The notes below the pieces were generated by a model. It was not told where the DNA came from and made no database searches. It worked only from the letters and a program-made list of their open reading frames with translations. This document shows, in pieces, positions 10,986 through 22,480 of a stretch of 40,246 bases of DNA (position 1 is its first letter; every line of letters starts with the position of its first letter). The DNA lies in assembly GCA_012862495.1 (NCBI GenBank), contig BLSG01000379.1, forward strand, positions 124,211-164,456. Reading direction: 5' to 3'. Made by a program: the position numbers and the translations under genes. Source of the stretch: Thraustochytrium aureum. Its lineage: Eukaryota.

Positions 10986-11726
10986 GCGGTGACACGGGTG
11001 GCATTGACTTATTGTGCGAAGTGTTTGATCGATCGACTGACCGCAGGCAATGGCGTGTTCGAGGACCCGAAAACCTCACGTGCACGTACGTCCCAACGAT
11101 ATCCACTGCACCGCGCATCCCCCGCTTCGCACCGAGCAACGCTGCGATCAGTCTCGATCGACCGAGGCGTGGACGTCTCGGCAATTGCGGCGCTCGCAAC
11201 GGTCATATCGGCCATAGGGGCAGTAGATACAACAAATCGTTTTCTCGGTATATATAAATATAGTTTTACGTCTAAATATATAGCCCGATGAGTCCCTATT
11301 TAGCCGGTGATGCGCGGAGTTGGCCGAGCCGAAGCAGAACGCGAGCAGACGCGAGACGACACAGAGCGCGGAGCAGGCGCTCGAGGCCGCGGAGGAGACG
11401 AGCAGCACGCGCTGCTAGTACTGCGCAACGCTATCGCAGAGGCGCTCCTGGTTGCGCTCTGGCGCCCGAGGGTTTGGCCTCTTTTGCGCACGGAGCAAGA
11501 CACTGACCTGGACACGCGAGCGCTTCGCACTCGCACAACCACGTCGAGGACGCGCGGGCGGACCCACAACGCACGCCCGCGCGACGCACGCGAAGCTGCC
11601 CAGGGGGAGGAGCAGGCCATCAACTGCGGACGCGTCGGACGAGCGAGCGGCGCGCAGGCTCTTGGGTGCGCGGGGCTGTGGCCTGGCTGCAGGTGTCTAG
11701 TTTGGCTCGGCGGGACGTAGGCGAGG

Positions 11727-14700
11727 ATGAGCGTACTGCATATTGGAGACGACGTTGAGGCGCGGAGGCCAAAGCAAGACGCATACGAGCCTGGCAAGGT
11801 CAGTAAGATCTGCGATGATGGCAGCTATGAAGTTACGCTCGAGACGGGCGAGGTCTTGCGCCGCGTCAAGCGCGACCAGATGCTCCGCCAGGGCCAAGCC
11901 GAGCTTGTGTGGAAACGCGTCCTCTTGGCTCTGCAAAGTGCGCAAGCAAGAGGCGTGGACGTTGGCAGCGTCCTACTGGATCATATTGGGAGGGACTTTT
12001 GCGACCCCTCGCAGTTCTGCAAAGCCGTGCAGACACTCGAGCAGACCGCCGAGCCTATCGACCTGCCAACGATCAAACAGGTCCTCTGGCAGCAGCGACT
12101 CCTCGACGCCCAAGGCGAGGTTCTGCTCTTCAACAAAGTGAGTGAGCACGGCGATTTCTACAAATACCTACAAGGACACGCANNNNNNNNNNNNNNNNNN
12201 NNNNNNNNNNNNNNNNNNNNNNNNNNNNNNNNNNNNNNNNNNNNNNNNNNNNNNNNNNNNNNNNNNNNNNNNNNNNNNNNNNNNNNNNNNNNNNNNNNNN
12301 NNNNNNNNNNNNNNNNNNNNNNNNNNNNNNNNNNNNNNNNNNNNNNNNNNNNNNNNNNNNNNNNNNNNNNNNNNNNNNNNNNNNNNNNNNATATCTCCAA
12401 GTTCCTGACCGAGCTAAAGCGCGATCGCGACGGGCTGCGGCCCGAAGAGCGCGACGCCGTGATGGGGTTCTTCAAGTCCGAAGGGCTCGGACCGCGGCAC
12501 ACGTGCTCCAAACAGCAGGTCTTGCGCTATGCCGGCAGCTAGGGATCCTCGCCGCGCAGCCAGCAGCAAAGGGCCCTAACGACGTGGACCAGCCGCGCGA
12601 GCCTGGCAAGCCGCTCTCGGCCCTCGACAAGGCGGAGGAAAACCTCCGCAGCCTAGTTCGGCTCAGCCATGAGCACGGCGTCGACTGCCGCGACCTCTTT
12701 GAAAATTTGGACGAGGACTTTGACGGGGCCATCCCAGTCGACGTCTTTGTCCAAGGCTTGCGCGAGCTCGGCGTCAAGGTGGACAAAGACGTAATTCGCC
12801 AGGTCATCGCTCGGCGCAGCCCCGCAGCTGCAGAGTCCGGCCTTGTGCAGTACAGAGAGTTTCTTGCCCTACTCGCGCCTGATCACTGGCAAATCCGGAC
12901 CTCGATCCGCGGCACCGAGCACGCTACGGCCGCTCTGGAAAAGCTCCGCAACCTCGTTACGGCGGCCGAACAAAAGGGCGTGCAGCTGGAGGAGTCATTC
13001 GCACACTTTGACGCCGACTGCGACGGAACGTTGAACCGAAAGGAATTTCGTCGCGGGCTCAAGGCCCTTGGGATCGACCTGGCCAAGGAGGAGATCCGCA
13101 TGCTCATGCGCCTCTTCGAGACCCGGGACGCCAACGAAATCTCGTACCGCGAGTTTGTAAAGGCCGTCAAAGCGCGCGAAGCCGCCGGCACGGACAGCGA
13201 GATGCTCGGGCTCCTTCGGTCTCTATTGGCCAAGGCCTTTGCAAGCGGGACAGACTGGCGCAGCCTGTTCGAGGTCCTCGACCGAACATTCAGCGGGTTC
13301 CTACCGCTCGAGGTTGTACACGATACCCTCTCCCGATACGGCCTCACGCACAGCGTGGACGCCTTGCGCGAGCTCCTCAAAGTCCAAGCAATGCTCAACG
13401 AGCAAGACCAGGTCGACTATGCCAAGGTGATCTGCAAGCTGTGCCCCGACGCATGGCTGGCTTCTCGAGGGGCGGAAGACCGCCGCCGCGTGGTCGACGT
13501 TGCGCTCGACAAGCTCTGTGACCTCGTCAATCTCGCCAGCCAAAGTGGAGTCCCGTTGAAAGACTCGTTCAAGCACTTTGACGTCTCCGGATCCGGCTGG
13601 GTCGATGCGCGGCAGTTTCACGCAGGGCTTGACAAACTCGGGCTCAAGCTCGATAACCGAGAGTCTCGCGCGCTGATGCGCGAATTCGAAGACCCAAACC
13701 GCGGCGAGGTCCGCCTTGTCGACTTTCAGCAGACCATTCGAATTCGAACAGAGCTCAAGCAGTGGCTGAAAGAGCAGCTGTACGAGGCCACTGCAAAGGG
13801 ACTTGGCGTGCAGGAGGCGTTCCGCCAGTTTGACATTGACAAGACTGGCGCCATCACGTTGGACGAGTTCTCTCTCGCTCTCTCCCAACTTGGTATCCAA
13901 GTCAAGGTGGACGACCTCCGGAGACTGATCAAGGCCGAATACTTTGGCAAGGCGGCCAACACCATTTTCTATGCCGACTTTCTGCACGGCGCCTTTGGCT
14001 CCTCTGTTTGGGACTCGACAGCGCTGGCGACCATGCCGCACCACGCACACGAGGCAGGTGCCTTGCAGAGGCCTGTGCGGGTGGAGCCTAGGTCGCCCGG
14101 CAGAGGCATTGCGGATACTGTGCCGAGGCTTGCGTCCCCTCGGGACGCCCTGCCTGCGAGCAGCGCAGTCGTCGAGCGCGTGCACGAGCGAGCGAGCACG
14201 CATGGATTTGACGACGCAGAACGCGCACTCGAAAAGTTGCGCGTCCTGGTGCAGGAAGCAGCCCGGCGGGGAATCTCTGTCCGCGAATCGTTTGACCACT
14301 TTGACCGGAATCACAACCAGGTCGTGACGCGCAGAGAGTTCCAGCAAGGGCTCGCTGCTCTCGGAATCGATTTGGAGCCCGCGCGAAATCCGCGCACTCA
14401 TGGAGAGGTTTCGGATCTGCGAGACTGGGCGGGACCCTGCTGCAAACCCGTCTGCGTCAGACCAGATCAGCCTAGAGCAGTTCTATCGCGTGGTGACGCA
14501 GCGCCAGAGCGCTCATAGCAACGGCGGCCCGGGGAGAGCGCTGACGCCAGAACGTCGCATCGCTTTGCTTGACACCTTGGGAACCCTCATTAAGGACGCT
14601 CGCGATCGTGGCGTTGACTTGCGCGAGTGCTTTGAGCTCTTTGACAAGGACTTGGAGTCGGCACGATTGACGNNNNNNNNNNNNNNNNNNNNNNNNNNNN

Positions 14701-17700
14701 NNNNNNNNNNNNNNNNNNNNNNNNNNNNNNNNNNNNNNNNNNNNNNNNNNNNNNNNNNNNNNNNNNNNNNNNNNNNNNNNNNNNNNNNNNNNNNNNNNNN
14801 NNNNNNNNNNNNNNNNNNNNNNNNNNNNNNNNNNNNNNNNNNNNNNNNNNNNNNNNNNNNNNNNNNNNNNNNNNNNNNNNNNNNNNNNNNNNNNNNNNNN
14901 NNNNNNNNNNNNNNNNNNNNNNNNNNNNNNNNNNNNNNNNNNNNNNNNNNNNNNNNNNNNNNNNNNNNNNNNNCAAACGAATCCAGCTTGCGCTCGCCCG
15001 CCTCAACTCGACCCAGCACACGGTCGCCGCAGCTCGGGCGTCAGTTCTGGGCAGAGCGGCGGTGCCGACAGCTCATCTTCTCGCCAAAGCGTCCCCCGAG
15101 AGCGCGGTCTTCTCCCTGCGCACGGCGTTTTCGGACTTCGACTCGAACAAAGACGGCATAATCTCGCGCGCTGACTTTTTGGCCGTTCTGGAGGCTCTTG
15201 ACCTGGGTCTGCGCGACAATGACTTTGACACGCTGCTGCGCCGCTTTGACCCGAGCGCAGACGGTGTCGTAGACTTTGCAGAGTTTGTCGACATTGTCGA
15301 GCCGCCTCGTGTGACCCTCCACCTCCGCGCAGCAGCAGCCAAGCTGCACAGCGTCGTGGGGAAACGTGGTATGGATCGCAAGGCGCTCCTGAGCCCGCTC
15401 CAGCATTTCGATCTTGCCCATCGAGGGCACATCACGCGGCGGGAATTTCGATGCGGAATGTCCGCGCTTGGCTTTCGGCTCGGCGATCTAGAGCTCCAGG
15501 TCTTGTGCGACGCGCTTGACCTGCAAGACGATGGAAGAGTGCACTACGACGAGTTTGTGCGGTTTTCGCTCCCCGCCGTCGGTTCGCGTTTCCGCGGGGT
15601 CGCTGGCGGGCCTGGGCCCTCCGATGAAGCTTACGCCGGCAGTCCATTTGGCGGACAACTGAGCTTGGGCGGGGCCGCTGCCGCGCCGCAAGACCCGCTC
15701 GCGATTCTGGAAGCGGACCTGCACGAATTTGTCAAGATGGCCGAGTCGATGAACATCCCTCTCAAGGAGACGTTTCGGCACTTTGACAAGAATGGCGACG
15801 GTACGGTGACCTGGGACGAGTTTCTTTCTGCCATGGTCGAGCTCGGCTTCGAGTGCACGGAAGCCCAGCTGAGGGAGCTGATGCGACGCGTTTCGCGGTC
15901 GCTCGAGCCTAGTCATCGGCGAGCGAACCGAGGCAGCGCGGAGACCCCACAGGAGGACAGGATCGACTACAACATGTTCTTGCACTACTGCTCGCGGCTT
16001 GGGAAGAAGCAAAACGCTGGGGAGCACGGGGAGGACAAGAGGAGCGACAAGGAGGTCCTCGAGCAGGTGCGCCAGCTGCGCAAGGAACTCAAGGACTTTA
16101 TCGCCGAGTCGACGAAGAGAGGCGTCAAGATTGGCGAGGTTTTCAGCCACTTTGACGAGAACGGGGACGGGAAAATCACCGTCTCGGAGTTTGAAACCGC
16201 CCTTGCAGACCTTTTCACGCACAACACCGCGTTTGATGAGCGTGTAATGCGAAAGTTTGTTCAGCTTCTCGACCGCTCGCGCGACGGAACCATCGACTAT
16301 TACGAGTTCCTCGGACTCCGTTCTGGCACAGGCGAGCGCGGCAGCGGCAGCGGCAGTGGCAGTGGCAGCGGCAGCGGCAGCGATGGAGGCCGTACTGGGG
16401 GAGCTGCCGGCGCGCCGGGCGACGCCAAGAGGGCGACGTGGCAGGCCGTTTTCGGGGCGCGGCGCTTTCAAAAGCAGCGGCTGGCGGCAGTGTCCATTGC
16501 CGAGTCGATCGTTCAGCTCATCGTGCGGCGCGCGGAGGGCGAAATCGAGCAGCACGGGCCAATCTGGCAAGAAGCGCGAAAGCGGTTAGCCACCCGATTG
16601 AACAACGCCTCTTTCATCCAGCGGAACAAGGCCGCCGCGACGAACCGCACGTATTGCAAATCGTGGTCGCGCGCGGCCGCGATTGAAGACGCGCCGCCCA
16701 TCGAGGCTGCCAGCAAGACGCTGAATGCTGAGAGCAGAGAGCGCGCCTCGGCAAGAGAGCAGACGCTCGCCAAGCGGATTCAGATCGCTGAGCGGGTCCA
16801 TGTCGCTGAAATGGCAGCTGCGCGCATGGCGGAGGAGGCCGCGATTCGAGCTGAGGAGGCGGCGCATCGGGAAAAGCTCCGGAGTATTGAGGAGGAGGCG
16901 AACGCGCACGCCCTTGATCGACTTGGCGGAGCGGTGTTTTTTCTGAGCAAGACGCGAGCGACGCAGTTTCTTGATTCTGTCGGGCTTGGGCGATTCGAGG
17001 ACCGGATCGTTCCTCGCGCCTACCACGGGCTCGAGCACTGCTACGTATTCCCGATGCAGAGCGACCAGGACCTGCAGCACATCCTGGGTACCTGCAGCAC
17101 CATCGTTGCGCGTAAAGTGAAGCGCGAGCTGCTCTCGCTTTTGTCGCTGCATGGAAGCGAGCACCAGCGCGAAATGGCGCACGCCGACGCGACCCAGAGA
17201 ATTGGACCTCCAAACAGGCCGACAGGTTTGCGCTGTTGTGCGGACTGGACGCGCAGCAATTCGAGCAGTACGCTATCGACGGGGAGGCGCTCGTCGAAAT
17301 GGACGTGCAGGAGGCTATACAGGAGCTCGGCTTCGAGAACGAGGTCGCGGTCCAGGTTATGCTCTTTCGTGTTGCCTACTTGCACTTCCTTGCCCAGAAC
17401 CGGCAAAAGTTTGCGGCGCCCTCCGCGCTGAGCTCGGGGACCTCGAGCACGGGATCTGCTAGCGGAACTGCCGGTCGGGCAGGCCAGCCAGATCGCATGA
17501 GCGCAAATGGCAAGGTCNNNNNNNNNNNNNNNNNNNNNNNNNNNNNNNNNNNNNNNNNNNNNNNNNNNNNNNNNNNNNNNNNNNNNNNNNNNNNNNNNNN
17601 NNNNNNNNNNNNNNNNNNNNNNNNNNNNNNNNNNNNNNNNNNNNNNNNNNNNNNNNNNNNNNNNNNNNNNNNNNNNNNNNNNNNNNNNNNNNNNNNNNNN

Positions 17701-20700
17701 NNNNNNNNNCCTTCTGACCAGGCTGTCGAGCGCTGGACCGTCGACGACGTCGAGAAGCTTGCGGCAAGCCTCGATATTCCAACCGCGGAGATCCGCAAGC
17801 TTGCCGTGGACGGCCCCACCTTGCTCGAGCTGAGCAACGAGGACATTGAGCAGGAGCTCGGCATCTCAGGAGTGCTTTGCGCGCGGCTGCGCTCTGCCAT
17901 CGAAGCTGTCCGCCAACCTCCCTGGATGTCCCTCGGGACAGGACCGTACTTTGAAGCACGCGTGGCCGCAGGTTCTGCACAGGGCACAGAGGGGTCGTCG
18001 GGATCTATCCCGGCCCCCGCGGGCGTCGTGCAGGACGCCAATGAGCAGTGCACGTACTTTGCCACCGGTCGGGAGCATGACATTTGGGTCCACATGGGCC
18101 CCGCCCTCACCAAGGCGTTTGACGTCACTTTGCGAGCTGTGGAGGCCGCAGCCAAAGACCGGGAGAAGCGCGAGCGAGACGCGCTCGCGCTCGAGTCTGG
18201 GAGGAGCGGCCCCGCGGACGCCACAATCCCTGACAGCAGGCGCCGCTCGGGCAGATCCGCGCGAGGAAGCACGGATGATCACATAAACAGGTTCGGCGCG
18301 CAGGACGTACAAGATGAGGAGGCCCGACTGGGCGCGTTTGTGGCAAAGGCGGTGCGTGCGGGGCTACCAGTGCTCGAAACGTTTCAAAAGCGCGATGCAG
18401 AGCGTGAAGGGTTTGTGACCTGGTTCGAGTTTGAAAAGTGCCTGGTTGACCTTGGGTTCACGATCGCGGACCCGGGGCTCTTTCGGCTGATGCTGCGCGA
18501 GCGGGTCGATATCCGCAACGAGTCGCGCATCTACTACGAGGACTTTTACCTCGCTACGTTGAACCGTGCCGACTTCGTAGCGCCCGCATTTAGCGCTGCA
18601 GAGAGCGAAGAAGACATCGCCTTCACGACTGACGGGCTGACTGCGAGCCTCCTCGTGCCTTCGCGAAAGCCGGACGACTCGGCAGCCCACTTTGCAGCCG
18701 TGGCCGACCTCGGCCCTTCGCTCGGGGCCGAAAAAGCGTCTGACGACGAGGCGCACCTTGCGTATGAGGCCCCGACCAGGACGGTCCGCGTGCGCTTCGG
18801 GGGGGGCTTTTCGTCATACGAAGCTACCGTGGTGGCCGACCGAGGCGATGGGACGTATGACGTTCAATACGCCGACAGCGGCGAAGTCGAGGTCGTGCCG
18901 CACGACTGGATCGACTTTGCGCCGAGCCAGGCTCACAGCGCTGCAAGAGATGGCCGGAATCGACCCGTGATCAAGACTGCGTTCAAGCTTGCCCTCGGCA
19001 GTCCGACTCTCACGAAGGGCGTCTACGTGTGGAGCGTGCGGGTCAAGCACGTGAGCGCCGACGTGGCAATCGGCGTGGCAAGCAAGCGCCGCGGCAAGAC
19101 TCGCTTTGTCGGAGTGAGCTCCACGGGCAGCATCGTGTTCCGAGGGTACACAGCCAGCCGGCGAGCGGTGATCGCTCGCGTTTCCAAGTGCTCTTCAGCG
19201 GGGTTCTCAGCCGGAGATGTGCTGACTGCGCGTTTGGACTTGGACGCGCAAGACTTTCGCGTCTACCGCACACCGGCAGCGGGGGATGACGGGCCTGTGA
19301 GCTTTGACAACCTCGCCGACTGCGACGAGGTAGCCCGCATTCGCCTAGACCAAGTCTACAAGGCAAGCGAGACGCAGCGCGTCCGCGAGATCAAGGCGTT
19401 CGTTGTTGGCCACGCAGAAACCATCACAACGATCCTGCTTGAGAAGGGCCGAGGCGGGCGCGTGAAGACCGTCCCGGTGGGCGTTCTAACGCAGGAGCTG
19501 TTTGATTTGGGGCTGCGTTGCAGCGAGCCTGATCTGCTGGGATTTCTTCTGCCGTTTCAAACGTCGGGGCGCCAAGGGATCGACATCGAGGCCCTCGCTG
19601 AAGGTCTTAATCTGCACGGCCATGACCTTTGGGGCAGCGAAGACGAGGAGGACCGCGAGCAGAGCAGCGCTGCCACGGAAGCCCCCCTTTCATACCTCCC
19701 GGCCGTCTTCCTCAAGGGCGTCGGGGACAGCGTTCGCTGGGCGCAAAGCCGCTCGAGTCTCGTTGCCGCCGCGAGCCAGGCCGCCAAGATTGGCGTTGGG
19801 GCCCGCGTCGAGGTCCGCTATGGCGGCGGCTCGACGTTGTACAAGGGGACTGTGATNNNNNNNNNNNNNNNNNNNNNNNNNNNNNNNNNNNNNNNNNNNN
19901 NNNNNNNNNNNNNNNNNNNNNNNNNNNCTGTGATCGACACTGTCGTTGGCGGCGAGGGGCAAGAGTCGACGTTCACGATCAAGTACGACGACGGAGACAT
20001 TGAAAACCTTGTGCGGCAGGAGAACATTCGTGTGATTGAGCCGGAGAAGAAGCTGGACAACAAGCCTAAAGACAGGCTGATTTTGCGTCTGTACAGCAGG
20101 CTGCTGGCTTACAGCGTTCCGCGCGAAGACCGAATCGCGTTGCGGCAAAAGACAAAGCGGGAGCGGCAGGATGCCGGCCAGCAGCCTTTGCGCGCCAAGG
20201 TTTTTGCGGACCGCGGCCATCGGCTTGTTCGAGTGGGGCACGACGAGGGAATGGGCGAGAAACTGCGCGGGGGTGTAGCGAGGAACGTCAGCAAGCCGGC
20301 AGGAGCGAGCCGCGACGGCCGAGGCGGCGGCGTCCAGCGCAGGAGTGGAACAAAGCTCGTCAAGAAGCAGCCTGCATTTCTTCGCGAGCTCGGCATTGAG
20401 ATGCGCGGGCTCTCGTTCTCGAACGTGGGGCAGATCCGGCTTCAGGAGCTCTTGCGAAAGCGCCTCAACGAGCCAGCGCCTGTGAATTGGAGCAGCACAA
20501 TCAACTCGCCGCACCAGTTCTACGCCCCGCTCGCAGTGCACCAGCAGGCCACACGGCAGTTTGTTGCAGGCAAAGACAGCGAGGAAGAAAAGCGGCACCT
20601 CACCGAGGAGGAGTGGACGCTGGTAGGCACAGTTGACGTGGAGGCCATGGACAAGGTAGCCATTGGGGAAAAGGGCGTCCCCTTTACGATGCGCTTGTCT

Positions 20701-22401
20701 GACGTGGCAGACGGCCTCTTCTACCGTCTGTGTCTGATGGGGGTCCTGGGTACGATGGACGCAGGCGGAAATTTCACGGCTCTGCGAGCCCCCGTTGAGC
20801 CAGTTCAGTCGATGCTGCAGAACGTCAAGCTGCGGGTGGGTGGCGGTTTTGAGCACGACATTTTTGCTAGCCTTGGCGCGAGCGACGAGGCCGAGCACAG
20901 AGCGAGCAGGTTCTTCCTACTCTCCGGAGCGTTTCGCGCGTTTGATGCGCGATCGCACAGGGTTGGGCAGCAAACGCACTCTGCCCAGCGTGGAGCGGCA
21001 AAAGCAGGCGCAGGGTCCAGGGTGGGGCATGCTGCGCGGCAGGGCTCGCCGTCGAGCAAGGGCGAGCGACGCTGGCCCTTTGATAGAAGCCCCCGCAAAG
21101 CGGAAGACAGGGGCGATCCCGCGGTGAGCGCCGTGCGTGACTCGCGTGTCGAGCTCGACGACGGTGGCCGCCTCGTCCCGCGGCTGCCGCTCGAGCCCGC
21201 GCCGAGCGCGGCGAGGCCCTGGGCTGCGAGCTCGGCGAAGGGCAGCAGGAGTCGAGGCGGAACCGAGCAAGCGGACGCGGACTCTTGGCACGGTGCGGTG
21301 CGCGTCCCGAACAACCCGGTCGAGGGGCGGCTTTCCCCAGGCCCGACGGCCGAGGGGTTTGGTACCAAGCTGCGTGCGTTCTCGCAGGACGAGAGGATTG
21401 TCATCGATCGATGGCTTGCCATGGTCGGCCTCAACGAGTATGGGGAACCGCTCGGGACCAAGTACGCCGGGAAGCGGCCCCACGCGTTTGAAGCAGAGGG
21501 CGCGGACCGCGAGAGGCCTGCGAGCAGGTACGACTATGTTCTATCGGTCCACCCGTCTCAGCCGTGGCTGGAGTTTGCGCGCGACCACGGCTGGCTTCCG
21601 AGCACGAGCGAGCAAGGGCGAATCCGCAAGTGGGCTCGCAAAACCAAGTACGACAAGCCAAACCGGTTCTCGCCGCAACAGACATTGTACGAAGCGCTCG
21701 TTCAGCTCAACCCGACCAAGCCGTGGGAGGAGTCTGCGCGGCACCGCCGCGGCCAAGCGGCAATTGCGGGCCCGAACGCGATGGCCGGTGGCGAAGGCTC
21801 CAAGCGCCGCCCAGCTCGCGAAACGCCGGTTGGCAGCCATGCCGGGCGCCAAAGCCACAAACCCCGCACGACGCCAAAGGCGCCGACTGGGCGCCTTATG
21901 ACGCAGATCGACGCGTCGCGCAACAATGTGGCAGTCAGTTTGCAGGAGTTTGAAAAGGACTACGAGCGGATCGCTCGTGTGCAGGCCGAGCTCGACATGC
22001 GCCAGGCCGCGGAAGCCAAGGGCCAGGAGCTCAGCGAGCAAGACTTTGAGGACATCAGGCGCGCGTCGCAGCAGCTAGCCGCGGAGGCAACAGCCCGAGC
22101 CAACGAGGAGGCCCAGCTCAAGTGGGAGCGCGAAGAGCAGCTCAGGCGGCTTAAGACAATCGAGGCCCAGGAGGCGAGGCTGAGCCAGCGCGAGAAGGAG
22201 CTGGCCCGGATCAAGGATGAGGTGCGCAAGAAGGAGGCAGAGCAGGCGTGGGCCAATCGTGTGACTGAGACGTACGGCGCAAAAAGGGGCCTCGACCTGG
22301 AGAAAGAGCAGGCTGCTGCTGAGGCGAAGGCCAAAAAGGAGGCGGAGGAGGACGCCTGGTCGCGCGCCGTCTTGCGGAATAAGGGGTCCTTTCCCATTTA
22401 G
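11727..22401 (+). CDS. Giant (~3,500 codon) multidomain protein: Tudor, >=12 EF-hand pair modules, SAM x2-3, Tudor, SPRY, Tudor, coiled-coil tail
   Basis: Consecutive same-strand ORFs join by single-base shifts at ~12530, ~14378-14380 and ~17150-17190, across four gaps. EF loops such as FDADCDGTLNRKEF, FDKNGDGTVTWDEF and FDENGDGKITVSEF. SAM signatures WTVDDVEKL...VDGPTLLELSNEDIEQELGI. Tudor folds GARVEVRYGG...Y.GTV...FTIKYDDGDIE. SPRY-like GVYVWSVRV...VAIGVA...GFSAGDVLTARLDLD...YLPAVFL. Confidence 0.75.
16338..16381 (+). repeat. (GGCAGC)n hexamer repeat encoding a Gly-Ser linker
   Basis: GGCAGCGGCAGCGGCAGTGGCAGT... translates to GSGSGSGSGSGSGS. Confidence 0.9.
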
Positions 22402-22480
22402 AATACCATAATACCGTAATAGTACCATAATTCCTGACGACCGGGGCCTCGGCCAGCTCTGTCGGGCCCGCCCGCCTGTA

